Assembly: GCF_018977255.1 (NCBI RefSeq) | Contig: NW_024704742.1 | Location: 122,576,001 to 122,640,000, forward strand | From: Callorhinchus milii | Taxonomy: Eukaryota | DNA length: 64,000 bases | Reading direction: 5' to 3' | The notes under the pieces: generated by a model | Told to the model about the DNA's origin: nothing | Databases searched by the model: none | Seen by the model: the letters and a program-made list of their open reading frames with translations, nothing else | In this document: in pieces, positions 24,701 through 42,440 of the stretch | How positions within the stretch are numbered: position 1 is the first letter of the stretch | Layout of the letters: every line of letters starts with the position of its first letter | Position numbers and translations under genes: made by a program

Positions 24701-25039
24701 TGCTCAGTTAAGCCGTTACTTGGAGGAGGGAGAATAGGGTTGAAGAGGTGGCGCTGGCTGCTAATGCTGCATACTGAGCAAAATGTGGAGTGCAGGAACG
24801 AAAACTACAAAGCGCTCTGAATCCAGGAGAAGAGATACAAACCAAATCCTATATGTGACTTGCCATCAACGTAAAAGTTGGAGCCATTGATGAAAACTTG
24901 CACATAAGTAGAAAAAGAAGGGAAGAGGTAGGAAGTTGGGGTCATTCATGAGGGTCTCTGTGGAATAAATATTTTTCAGCACAAGACTGCGTCAATTGTG
25001 CCCAAGGGACATTATAATTTCTTTTTAAATCACCTGCCT

Positions 25040-25625
25040 TTGGGATGGTTCAGGGAGCTATCCCACTCAGCTCCTGTTAACCCTGCAAGACAAAGCTCAA
25101 TGGGTAGGGTGGTCCTTTTTGGACAAGCAGCGGGAAAGCTTTCCAGACAGTAGTATGAATGACCAGCTATGCGGTTTTAGCTGGTCAGACTCCAGCAGTA
25201 CACCAACGCACACTCTGGGGTCTCCAAGACTTGGTTCTTGCCAACCTATGGCGAATACTTTCCAAAATTAAGTAATCAGAATGCGTCCCTCCAGGGAGAG
25301 AGTGTGCATTGCATTCTAATAATCTATCAAATAAATTGGTCATTTCAATCCACGACTGTTTGTGGGACATTACTGTGCACAATTGGCTGCCGCATTTCGC
25401 CCACAAATATACAGTCAATTCACTTTACAGTATATTCTGTGAAGCGCTTTAAGACGTCTAGAAGATGTGAAAACCGCTATATCAAATGCAAGGATTATTA
25501 TTATTATCATTGGGATTTCCATGTGTGGGTGGGATCATGGAATTCTCAACTTGGTTTGGATACTTTTAAGCACGGTGATGGGTTTCCACATGTTTCAGAC
25601 ACCTTTCACAGCCAACCCCCAAAAA
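25040..25625. mobile_element. MITE family A copy in opposite orientation, with SINE 3' half at 25330-25507
   Basis: Reverse-complement similarity to 17940-18040, 18518-18745 and 41140-41360. Confidence 0.6.
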
Positions 25626-28069
25626 ACAAAATAAATTGCCTTTGCCTGATGTTCTGGCTATTCTTTTTCACACTGGATCACTGTCATTTGTGCTTGTCCT
25701 TCTCTTCCTCTTCAATGACTGAGGCTACTATCTAAATTCTGCATATTTCTTACTTTTAGTTTATACTGCTCAATTAACTTCTCTTTTCTTTTCACATTCT
25801 TGCTGCATAGACGCCCCTTTCTTTGCTTGATCCTTTACTATTATTGTGGAGCAATGTTGCATATTGGTTAGAGCACTCGCCTCACAAGTAAGAGGACCTA
25901 GGTTCGATTCCTAGGCAGGGCAAAACTTTAGGCAAGTTTCTTTACTCCACATGCCTCTGTTTACTTAGCAGTAATTAGGAACCCAGTCATTAGTCAATTG
26001 GTGGATTGCTTTTCCAGGGGTAATAATCCCTTCAAAAAAAATTCTGTGTTAGCCCAACAAAAAAAAATAATTGAGCCTTTTACTATTAGTATCATTGAAA
26101 AATGTATAAATAAAAAGACCGTTTTGCTAAAAATAAAAATCATAATTCTTGATGTAATGCCTTTCATATCAGGAGGATGTCTTAGACAGCTTCACATGAT
26201 GTACTGTAAAGTGTAGTCCCTGTGTATTATGTAGGCAATACTGTCCAGCATTGTATACTTCACCAGGATCGCTATACTGTACATGACATTGCCTCCCAAT
26301 CCCTGATGGTATACTGAAGTGTTTGCTCTATAAAAGGAGATTGTTGTATGTTTTCTGTTTCCAAGCTTTCTTTGGACATACCAGGTCTTTTATGTAGGCA
26401 GAGAGCTCCTCCTCTGCGTTCCATGCTCTCATCCTAGTGATGAGGATAAGGATGATTCTTTTGCGGAAATGTAAAACCAAGATTTGCATAATGCACAACG
26501 ACTATATAATTCCTGATAGATTATGCATTGAGTGAGCCACTTGATGTAAATAATAAGAGCAAAACTAAATTCTATTCCTCTCATTTCATCCATTGTGCAC
26601 TGTGCTCAATTTATTAAAAACAACTGATTAAGGAGCAAGAATAATTGCATAATCCTCAAGGTTTTCAATATAGAGGTGAAATAATAATAATAGTCCTTGC
26701 ATTTGATAAAGTGCCTTATCACATCCTCGAGACATCTGAAAGCGCTTCACAGGATATACTATAAAGTGAATTGACTGTATATTTTGTGGGCGAAAATAAC
26801 TCTCTTCAAATAATGCACTTGACTACTTGAGCGAGGTATGAGAAAGTGGATCCATACCCAAAGGAAAAAGAGAGTCAACTGCGTTCAGCAAGGGATTGGA
26901 GAAAATTACTGATTTACATGAATAAATTAACTCATTTGATGGGTTTTGGTCCAAAATAAATCTTTCCTTTTAAAGTAATAATCCTTGCAATTGATATGGT
27001 ATCTTTGATGGGAGGATGTCTCAAAGTGCTTCACAGGAGGTTACTGGAAAGTATAGTAATTGTGTGCTTTGTTAATGACCGCGGCAGCCAATTTGCATAC
27101 AATAATGTCTCGAAAACTGCAACAAAGTGATTGATTAATCATATTTAGGTTATTGTTTGCCAGGGCACAAGAAGAAACTTCCTCCTCTTTTCAGACAGTG
27201 CCATGGGAATTTTTAAATTTTGTCTGCCCGAACCGGCAGACAGGACATCGGTTTAACGTCTCAAACGAGCAGAATGAGAGAGGATAGGTGTGAAATGCAA
27301 AAGGCTCAAATGAGATCTAAGAAGTGGATGGGTGAAATACATTCCCAACAAAAGCAATTGGTTGGTCACTACACTATCATAATACCACAATAGTTTTGGA
27401 GGAATTACAGCCGGGTCCAGTTTGAAGTGAACATGTAGTCCGAAGAACCTACTGATTTGGGGTAGAGTGGAAGATGGCTGTGCAGGGAACAAAGTTGGGC
27501 TGGTTAACTTCAGGGTCCAAGGAATCCATATGCAGAGCTTTCCTCCAACAGAATAATGGGTATAAGAATAATGGATGAAGCCTATCACAGGGTGGTTTGT
27601 AGGTTTGAGGATCTGATTGACAGAAAGTATTTTCTCACGACATGCTTTCGCACTAAACTTCACTTGCCTGTCCCCTCCCCCTGCATCCTTGCCAGACTCT
27701 ATTTATTTTCTGGTTCCTAGTTGATTGATTCCTTCTTTCTCCCTATCACTGTGATCTTCTCTAATCTCACTTTCCCAATCGCCCCTTCTGCTCGCCTAAT
27801 TCAGGCCTGTTGCACATTCCTCTCCCTGCGTCCTACCTATCAAAGCTTTCAGCTGTGTGTCTCAACCCTCTGTAATGATCTCTGATCCTTGCCTCTATCT
27901 CTGTGTCACCCTATGCAAATCTCCCTATCTCTAGCACGTCACCCTGTTTGAAATACAAATTGTTGTTATGTTTTGTTTAATGGCATGATGGAGATTAATC
28001 AGGTTTCTTTAAACTTCTGTCGGATTACCATAAATCTGCAAACCCTGAAGTTCACAATTCAAAAAATGA

Positions 28070-28507
28070 TCAGCCTGGCTCAGCTGGTAGCACTCTCACC
28101 TCTGAGTTAGAAGGCTGTAGGTTCAAACACCATGTCAGGAGTTTGAATTCACATAGTCTGTTCTAACACTAATTCTCTGCTGGAAGAGCATTCCACTGCT
28201 GGAGGTGTCGTTCTTCGAATGAAATTTTAAACTGAGGTAATTGTCCTATTTAGGTGGACATTAAAGATCATGTGGCACTGTTTGGAAACAAAAAAGAGAG
28301 GTTCTCCTTGGTCAACAAACTCCCAAGTAAAATAAAAAGATCATTCATTCCTTGTCTATTTGTGCGACATTGCTGTGTGCAAATTGACTGATTGTTCGCC
28401 TGCAAAATACACGGTCACAACACTTTACGGAAATGCCTCTGGGGCGCTTTGAGATATCTCGAAAAACGTGATAAGATGCTACATCAAATGCAACAATTAT
28501 TATTATA
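28070..28507 (+). mobile_element. Near full-length old Deu-domain tRNA SINE
   Basis: Head cagcctggctcagctggtagcactctcacctctgagt; Deu-like core ggaggtgtcgttcttcgaatgaaattttaaactgagg...ggtggacattaaagatc; L2-type tail. Confidence 0.8.
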
Positions 28508-28663
28508 TATATATATTATGTCGAGGAAATAATATTTCAGTTTGTCCCGCATCCGCTGGGTGGCGATAAGCAATCGTTGATCCTTATTTTCTGACGTTTG
28601 CTAAAAGTCAGTCTGATGCCACGGTTTAGGGGGAAAAGATTATATTGTAATTACGTGATTCGT

Positions 28664-28678
28664 CCAGTAGATGGCACT
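28664..28678 (+). promoter_or_regulatory. CTCF core motif
   Basis: CCAGTAGATGGCACT fits the CTCF core consensus CCASYAGRKGGCRS; lies in unique-looking sequence about 1.4 kb upstream of the PLK2 TATA box. Confidence 0.6.
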
Positions 28679-29689
28679 CTGCACATTGACTTCTCCATAC
28701 TTTACCATAATATTCATTTGTTAGACTTCAGCACATTAATAGTGTCCTACGATGTGGGTTTGAAATAAGTTTGGTCGGCAATTGGCTGCATTTTGGACAA
28801 TAGTCTTAGATCCATTTTGGTCAAGTGTTGGCAAAGCACCAGTCAAGAAGAAGTTAGATTGCATGAGCCTTGCACATACTTTGTTGCATTTCTGCAGAGT
28901 TCCTGGGGAGAAATGCAACAATGTAAAGTAAGAAAAGAAAAACATGCAACAAGGCATTAAGTTTGTAATATATACAAAATGCTAAATGTGGGATTTATAA
29001 TTTAACATTGCTGTGTTTTGCTCAGAGTTAACTGCTCTCTGCCCTGGTGAGATGGATACAGTTACAGCATTTCAAAGTTAGTCAACGCAGGAGTGCCGAT
29101 GTGCACAAGTGCAAGTAACAAGCATAAGTATTATAGCAAGTAACCTCACACCAAACCAAACGAATTCAAAACAATCATTTAACTAACATCGAGCAAATGG
29201 ATCTATTTCATAAGTCGTGGCTTGATCTTAAGGTGCATTGCATGCAATGTTGTCCAGTAAGACAGTTAACAACTGTGTTGACTTAAAACACAATCTTACA
29301 CAAGAAGTGATAGAAACTGGTAACACGACCGAGGGAGTGAGAGCTCGATGTGAACAGATGGGCGAAATACATTTCCGAGACAAAAAAAAAATGAATGAGC
29401 TGCAGCTGCAGAGTATTTGTGTGGAAAGTCAGGTCGCGGGCGATAGCTTAACCAAAGCGTTGGGTGGATTTGTGCAACAACAACAAGATTCCATTTATAA
29501 AGCGCCTTTCACGTCAGGAGGACGTCCCAAGGCGCTGCAGGAGAGATGCCAAGAGAAAATAGCATTGACTGACATGACGGGATCGAGGCTTTTTTTTTAA
29601 AAAATGAGTTTTTTTGCAAATCTAATAGCAGGAGAGAGATGCTCTGGGGATTGAGACTGTTCGATTGCCCCCCACCCCCCCCCGTTTTT

Positions 29690-30121
29690 TGCAACTGCAG
29701 CCGTGCGTTTTGTCAAAATGCAAATAAACGAACGCCTCCCGTGACGGTTGCACGTGATATATTTTTTTTTGGGGGGGGGGGAGGGTTTGGGCTGTGATCG
29801 GGACCGAACACGTCTCGTGGGGATCGCCGCTGTGAGCGAAGGGCGTCTCCGGGGTTTGCAACACTTGCGCTCGAGGGGACGTCGCATTGTCCATTCATCT
29901 CACCGGGCGGGTGGGGGCGGGGCCGAGGGCGGGGGCGGGGCCGAGGCGGGCCGGCCGGCCTCCGCGGCTGATTGACAGCCCGGCCCAGCCACTCGGGCGG
30001 CCTGGAAGGTGGGTGGGCATTGTGACGTGCGGGGAGGCGGCGGCGGGAGGGTATAAAGGGAGCGACGCCGCGCCGCTGCGGCTCATTCCCGGGACCGAGT
30101 CGGGACTGTCACTCGCGCGCT
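29690..30121 (+). promoter_or_regulatory. PLK2 CpG-island promoter
   Basis: CpG/GC-rich island from about 29690 to 30900 in AT-rich surroundings. Octamer ATGCAAAT 29718-29725, E-box CACGTG 29751-29756, GC boxes GGGGCGGGG at about 29913 and 29932, CRE-like TGACGT 30023-30028, TATAAA 30052-30057, Inr-like TCATTCC with A at 30085. Confidence 0.85.
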
Positions 30122-35084
<4,963 letters not shown>

Positions 35085-35660
35085 AGTGTGAAGAAAGTTT
35101 CTCATGTGGGGAAATTGTTCTGAAGTAACTGAATTGTCCATTTGTAAGGAGGAGGTGGTACGAGGGATTGATCATTTCATTGTGGTGTACTGGGCCGGAA
35201 CCAGACAGATGGTGTTTTTTTAAATCCTTCATTGTGAAGGATGGATGATACCTTAACCCCTGTCTGAGGAACTTAGTATTTTTGTTGCAAGAACTATGAA
35301 AAGGATTGTATGTTACAACAAAGCTGGGTGATTTGTTGTAGCTGCATAGTGAACGGAAAGAAAGATCTGCTGCAAGTGATGTTGGATAGAAAGAAGTATT
35401 GAAGAATACAAGAACCAAGAAAATGTGGCTCATATGCTGCTTATCTGAACTTTTAAGGACTTCAAATTCTTAAAAACTGAACTGAGGAAGCAAAGCCAAG
35501 GTTGTACCTTGTAGCTGGATGTGTTCATTCTTTAATTTATTACACACTGACAGTATTTATTATTTATTATATCTCACTTGTGCACACTGACAATTTTGAA
35601 CGCTGAACAAGTCACTGAATGTTTTAAATATTAATAAAGATTCTTAATTCAACTTGTTTG
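35085..35660 (+). other. PLK2 3'UTR with AU-rich elements and polyadenylation signal
   Basis: ATTTA at 35535 and TATTTATTATTTATTAT at 35554-35570; AATAAA at 35633-35638 followed by T/GT-rich sequence. Confidence 0.7.
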
Positions 35661-37884
35661 AAATGGTCTTCATAATTTCAGCTTAATGATTTTTAGTAGG
35701 TGTGTTGCATTGCAATGGAGGGCAGACATACCCATACTTGGTGTAATGTGTTTGCTGGACAGACATTGAGTGAGGATGAAGGAAAGGAGAGCTTTTTCAC
35801 TTATTTTGGTCAGCTGACTGACGTGGAAATCTATCTTCATGTTTGAGTCTACAAACGAGAGATCCACATCTATATGCCTCCTAGATATGAAAATTTCCCT
35901 GCAGGATGCATTCTGCTGCGTATTAGATACAGGTTTGTGAGAGTCCAGTCTTTGGGGACACCAGTTGGGATTGTGTTGCAATTAATGAGTTTAACTGACA
36001 AACTATAGTTTACCATTGCAAGCTTCCTGCTGCATGTCCAGTTAGATCACCGAACCTGCTAGTGCTTTGGCTTGCAGCATAACAGGACCTGTGATTGGTC
36101 TGCCCTCCCAGGTCTTGCCAACGCACCAGGCCTTCTGGTGTATCAGCAGTGCCTTGGATTACGACAGACCTCGACTTCTGGGCCGCCTTGGTTCTGGCAT
36201 TCTGTGTCTGAGTATAAAACCAGCTCAGCCTGAAGAAAACCCTGCTTAAACCACCCCCTTTAATTTTAACTATATAAAAATCTGAGTGCAATGCAATTTG
36301 CAGTGCAATTGATGTACGTCCTTAATGCCTTCAATCTAAGGTCACCAAAATTAAATTTTATTGATTACTTCTTTTTGGTGTCCTGTTCATTAAATAGAAT
36401 AGCTGCATTGAGCTTACTGAATGCAGTGCATAATAGGCACATAGTTCTGAATGAAAGGGATCATGCTACTTAATGGCTGCTACTACATAGCAATAGATTT
36501 AGGTTTGTGAGAGACCAGATCGGATAATGCAGAAAGTAAAGGGAAAGAAACATTGATTTGGATTGACTTTGAAAATGCATCAAAATTGACCTTGATCAGC
36601 AGCCTGACCTTTCCTCATCTATTATCAAAGTAAAAAATGCACTTTTACTGCTGGTAACCAGTGGCAGTGAATGAATTTTAATGAAATCTGTCTTACAATG
36701 GCTAAAGTATGTACATACAGTAAAAACTGAAAATCAATATTAACCTGTATACAAGATATTAATTTAAATTTATATAGTGCCTTTCACATTGAGACATCTC
36801 AAACGTGCTTCACACTGGGAGCTAAATTGTGGTGGTGGAGGGAGGCAAAGGATAATAAGAGACTGGTCTTAAGGTGGTTTGAAACGCAGAGAAGGAGGGG
36901 GCAAAACAGACTCGAGGATGGATGACAGAGGGGCAGAAGGTTCACATAGTGATGGTGGGGCCAATTGGGTGATATGAAGCAGGCTGGTGTTTACTTTATC
37001 TGCATTTATTTGTCACTTCCAGAACTAGTAAATAGAAATGTGAAACTAGATAGAACTCCAACATGGGCATGAGGACAGCTCTAAGCTTGCAAAGAAAGGA
37101 AGAACTTACATGTTTATAAAATCTTATTACAGCAACTTGCACTTATTATACCATCTGAGTGGTGACTGCTTTCTGTAAGCAACTGCTGCAGTCATTATCC
37201 AAACAGCAATCTCCCACAAATAGCTATAGGATGAATCAACAGTTTTATCTGCAGGATTGCTGGTTAGCCATTGGGAGAAACTCCCTTGTGTTTTTGAACA
37301 CCTTTAACATCTATCTGAACATGAAAAACATGCCCTTGGTTCAATGTCTTAGCTAAAAGACGGCACCTCCGATCACACAGTGCTCCCCTGGTAACACATT
37401 AGTGTCAGCCTAGACTACGATCTCAAGTCCCAACATGTGGAATCAAATTTCCTTATCCAAGCTTCTGTATGAAAATAAATATTTCAGAAATTTATGCTTG
37501 AGATCAGCTCCACAACCTCCTGACTCAGGTAAGAATGCAATCAATTGCTAAGGTTACATCCAACTGAGCCAGGCTGACAGGGCTCTGTTGCTGAATGCTG
37601 GAAATCTTCTGAATGTTAACTAGACCAGCTCTCCAACATTAAAAAGTTTAACAAGCTAATTATATATTTTTTTAAATTAAAACTTGAATTTGAAATTTGC
37701 CTCTGTAAAACATGATATTGTACTCAAATTATACTTTTTAGATTGCCCTCAAAGCTCCCATCAATTCCTTTCAAAAACCACATCCTGTAGATGCTTTCCG
37801 GATTGGTCTGTGAATCAATGTCCAGAGTTAAATTACACTTTAAGCATTGACATGAAAACCACATTAAATGGAGTCCTGAAACGT

Positions 37885-38190
37885 ATTGGTTAGAGCAAGC
37901 AAGAGGACCTGGGTTCGTTTCCTGTGCAGAGGGAAACCTTAGAGTAAGTTTCCTTACGCTAAACGCCTCTGTTTACCTAGCAGTAATTAGGAACCCGGTT
38001 GTTAGTCGATTGGTGGATCGCTTTTCCGGGGATAATAATCCCTTCCAAATAAACCATCATAATTTGGTCACTCAATCCACGGCTGTTTGCAATTGGATGT
38101 TTCGCTTTACAGTATATTCTGTGAAGTGCTTGGAGATGTCTCAAAGATGTGATAATAGATTATATCAAATGCAAGGATTATTATTATAAT
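37885..38190 (+). mobile_element. tRNA-derived SINE, long subfamily
   Basis: Homologous to 14901-15290. Confidence 0.82.
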
Positions 38191-38824
38191 GGATGCTAAC
38201 TGTGAGTAAAGTTTAGGCATAAATTATTGAATGGCGGCTGAATACAAATTCCAATGATATTGCATATAATCATTAATCACTGCATTGTAATCGTTCAGTT
38301 TTGTAAACGCCCAAAGGAAAGCAACTCCTTCCCTTTTAATTGGCAGTGATTAAGAATGGGCCTGCACTAAATGCTCAATGATTACCATGTTTCAGTACAG
38401 CATTTGATTGACATATATAAAGTTGTCTTCTTCAACTAGTAATATGAAAAGATCTTTCTTCTAGAAGTATATGCTTCAGCTGAGCTCCAAACTACATGAA
38501 TTTCATGTCTTTTTTTATACTGCTGGGAAATACCAGAACAGGAAGCCTGATACATTTGTGTATGTGCTTTTGTGCTTAATGAAATACAGTATTCACATTG
38601 CTTTCACCCGAAAGTGAAGTGTAGATTGGGCAATTGTCCACAGAACCACCATTAGGCAGTTATTTTGGAAGTACAGTACATTGAGTCACACTGCTGTAGT
38701 ATAAAAGCATCAGATGCAAAATCTACATATCTTCTGTTCCAAATGGTCTGTTTATTACATCCGTCCCTTACCTCTGTTCCTGAAACAATCCCAATTTTTT
38801 CAAGTGCCTCTCACCCTAATGAAT

Positions 38825-39202
38825 CTCTGAGTCAGAGGACTACGGATTGAATCCCTAGTTGGAGCTGACACACCAAGGCAGTGCTGCGGCAGTGTTGCAT
38901 TGTCGGAAGTATTGACCTTCAGGTGAAACGTTAAATTGAGGATCCGTCTGCCTGTTCAAGTGGACATTAATTGCAGGTTACTATTTGAACTGAGAACAGA
39001 GTTTCTTCCAGTGTTCTGACCGACAATCCCCCAAATAAAATTAGCCTTTTCACTTTGTGGATATTTGTGGGATATTGCTCTGAGTAAGTTGGCTGCTGTA
39101 TTTGCCTGCAAAATACAGTCATTGCAGTTGACAGTAAAATCCTGTCGTACCCTTGGACTCTTTTCAATGACGTGATAACGCGCTATAGCAAATTATTATT
39201 AT
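38825..39202 (+). mobile_element. Old Deu-domain SINE
   Basis: gcattgtcggaagtattgaccttcaggtgaaacgttaaattgaggatccgtctgcctgttcaagtggacattaa, Deu-like core. Confidence 0.75.
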
Positions 39203-40954
39203 AATTTGGCTTTAGAACAAATTACTCAATGTATGATGCTTTTAATTCCATGCTTCAGAAATAAATATATTCTCCTGATGTAGGGCACAAAGTAACAACA
39301 GAAGCATTTATCAGTTCTAATTGTTGATAGGTTGTGGCACATCTGTGGCACATCTGGTGAGCTGCTGGAAGATGAAACTTCCTTTTGAGTAGGCAAACAG
39401 TCAGCGGGTTTGTGATAAATGGGTATTTGTCTTCCTATTTACAATACTGCAACAGTCCATCGGGGAAATGTGTTTGGCCCAACTCTGATTCTTATCTCTA
39501 TCAATGACCTTAGATACGTTATCAGAAGTGCCACTGGTGACATCACTCTCTCAAGAGCATTTTCCTGCATTCAGGTCTAAACAGATCAATAGTGCATTAT
39601 TTTCAGCACGAGGAAAGCGATTCAATAACTCTGTCAAGAATGATTAGCAGTGAAGCAGCCATTCTAACTTCATAATTAATGTAATTTCTATCTGGTGATA
39701 AATATTTAGATGTTTGCTTTGGTAATTGCATTTGATATACGCTAGGCAAACAAGGACAAACATGGCCTAGAAAAGGTAGAAGATAAGTTCTAATTTTCAC
39801 TGTCAGCAGTTTTAATACTCTGCAAAGCTTGTATGCTCCCAGTGCTGCAATATTGGAGCTCTGTTTGATAAATTGCATAGAGAATTCCTCTCTTATTGCT
39901 GAATTCAATACAACAAATCACACTTACATGAGCTTTTCACATCGGATGAATGTCTCAAAGGGCTTCACAGAGACAAGAAGAAGCTCCGAGCAGAGAGGAG
40001 GGGACCAAAACCTGATCAAAGCAATACAACAACAACAACTTGCATTTATAGTGTCCTTCATGCGGGGTAGAGTCTTGAATAATGACAGAGTTTGATGGCA
40101 AGCCAAGTAGAAAGGAAAGATGACTGAAGGCATAGTAGAAATTGATCGGTCTTTAATCGGATTTTTAAGGCAGGGAAAGAAGGAGCAAGGCAAACAGATT
40201 TTGAGAAAGATTTCCAACAATAACTTGCATTTATATAGTGCCCCTCACACAGGTTTCAGCCTCAGAGTGCTTAAACAGTGCTCCAGAGAACAGAGCACAA
40301 TGACTGAACCCTTGGCCACTACTGGTGGAGATGATATGTGAGGAATGAGAAACACATTCTCAAACAAAGTAGGCTGCTGAATATGGCCTACACTATGTCA
40401 GAAAGAAGTAGGCAACTTCAAGGTAAAGTAGGCAGGCTATTGGTCTTCCACAATGAGTATCTCACTTATCAGACCTCATTCCTATGTAATGTTTAAGATC
40501 TCTACACCTTAACGCTATCTGTTTAAAATCTCTGGACATAATACTACCAGTGCATCTTAACATACCATTTTTTAATAAGGAAACTATTAGAATTCCCATT
40601 GACTGTAAGATCACATCATTGTTAAGGAATCCCATGAAGAACAAATGCAAATTAGGTATTCAATCTTTTTTTGAATGGTCAAAACATCTACTGGTGTGTT
40701 TGTGGAGGGTGGGGGAAATCAACTGTAACCCAGAAGAGGGAAGGTTAATTGCAGATTAATTACCTAACACAGAGTAGTTAATATGTGAAATAGACCGCCA
40801 TTGAAAGCGTGATGCAATATTGCATCAGCAACTTCAAGAGCTGTTTGGTGAATAAATTGATTAACAGGAATGAAAGATAAGAGTGGTGTAGATTTATTTA
40901 TTTTTACTTTGTGAACAGTCAGAATGGCTGGCAAAACTCTTTTCATTTTTGTAT

Positions 40955-42440
40955 TTTTTTTTTGGTCAGCTAGCTGTCTGTCACATGCAAAAACCTACCG
41001 CTATGCTTAAGAGTAGCTAAATCAGACTGAGAGATCCATGGATGCAGTAAATGCCTCCCAAAAAAGCAAATATGGAATAGGATAGAATGATGCTTACTTC
41101 ATTCCAGAAACTATTAGTAATAAGTTGGCAAGAGCCTATGCTTCGGGTCCTGGATTGCGTGTTGGGGCACTGCTGGAGTTCAACCAGCTAAAGCTACACA
41201 GCTTGCGGTTTTAGTAGTGTCTGAAAGTGCTGTCTAGGAAGCATCCTGCTTCTTGTCCGGCTTGGACTACCCTACCTGTTTGGGCTTTGGCTTGTAGGGT
41301 TAGCACAAGTTCAGTGGGAAGAATCCTTGCTCCCAGTGACTGATCTGCCTTTCCCAGTCCTGCTAATGAGCCAGTCATCAGCAATGCTATGGAGTACTGA
41401 AAACCAGCCTCGCTCATAAACCAGAACTACTGAGAATACCACAGAGGGTTGACTGATTCCAACATTCCGTTGCCAAACTTGTCACCTTGAACGTAGCTCA
41501 GCTCTAGGGAGATCTTGCTTATCTTCTCCCCAAGGACTATGGTCACAAGTTGGTCATTCAACATCTGACAAGTGTAGGTTTGATCCCTAAATAGATGGAT
41601 AACAATTTTCCTTTGAAATATTTGTACTGATATTTTATCATTGGGTTTGAAAATGTGGATATTTGCAATACTGAAATCACAGCACTATTGGAAGCTTTGT
41701 TTAATATTTTGTTTGATTAATATTGTAGTTTGCCAATATTGCAATGTCAACAGAGTAATTAAAGGAGCAGAAAGTCTTAATCAACATTGTCAGTAATAAA
41801 TTGCTCATACATTGAATCAGCTTTTTGTGTTACTCAGACAGCACTACTATTTTAGATATTGGTGACCCACAAGCAACAAGTGGGCATTTCTGCTCACCTA
41901 CATTGCTCACTCAATCCACAACTGTTTGTGGGACATTGCTAGGTGCAATTGGCTGCCGTGTTTCAACCACAAAATATACAGTCAATTCACTTTACAGTAT
42001 ATTCTGTGAAGCGCTTTGACATGGCTCAAAGATGTGATAAGGAGCTATATCAAATGCAACGATTATTATTATTACACCTTATGGTTTTCAGTGGAACATA
42101 TGGTACCCTGAGGGATTGGATACAATACACTCACTGTCTTGCTTGTGCAGAACCAGCTTGGTTAACAGTACACCAAACCAATTATTAAACAATGAATAAA
42201 ATGTATGTGGCATCTCTGGAGCAAATACAAGACATTATTCTCTCTTTAAAAAATATTAAATAAATAATTAGAAGTTAAGATATTGCTTTAAGCCATGTAC
42301 ATTTATTACCACTGGGCATTCCATTCAGGGAAATTTCTATAAATAGGTAGCATACACATGTGGAATTGTCAGTGTGGTTTTGATGCTTTTATTCACGGTC
42401 ATGGGTTTCCACAAGTGTCAAGCATCTGGCTGTCCAAAAT
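40955..42440. mobile_element. Longest MITE family A region, both ends present, SINE 3' half at about 41910-42073
   Basis: Starts ttttggtcagctag and ends ctggctgtccaaaa (inverted ends); internal 41140-41360 shared with other copies. Could be two adjacent fragments rather than one element. Confidence 0.5.

Noticed and set aside
25238..25735. 165-aa ORF, and similar ORFs containing IKCKDYYY or NARIIII
   Set aside because: These are chance read-throughs of the SINE tail
27253..27663. 136-aa minus-strand ORF
   Set aside because: Looks like scrambled, decayed LINE endonuclease-region sequence (VIPPK and QLLLLG resemble YRPPK and LLLGDFN); no splice or codon support for a gene
26000..30050. p53 response element in the PLK2 upstream region
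   Set aside because: Only isolated half-sites found (e.g. CGACATGCTT at about 27638, AAACATGCAA at about 28940), with no properly spaced partner
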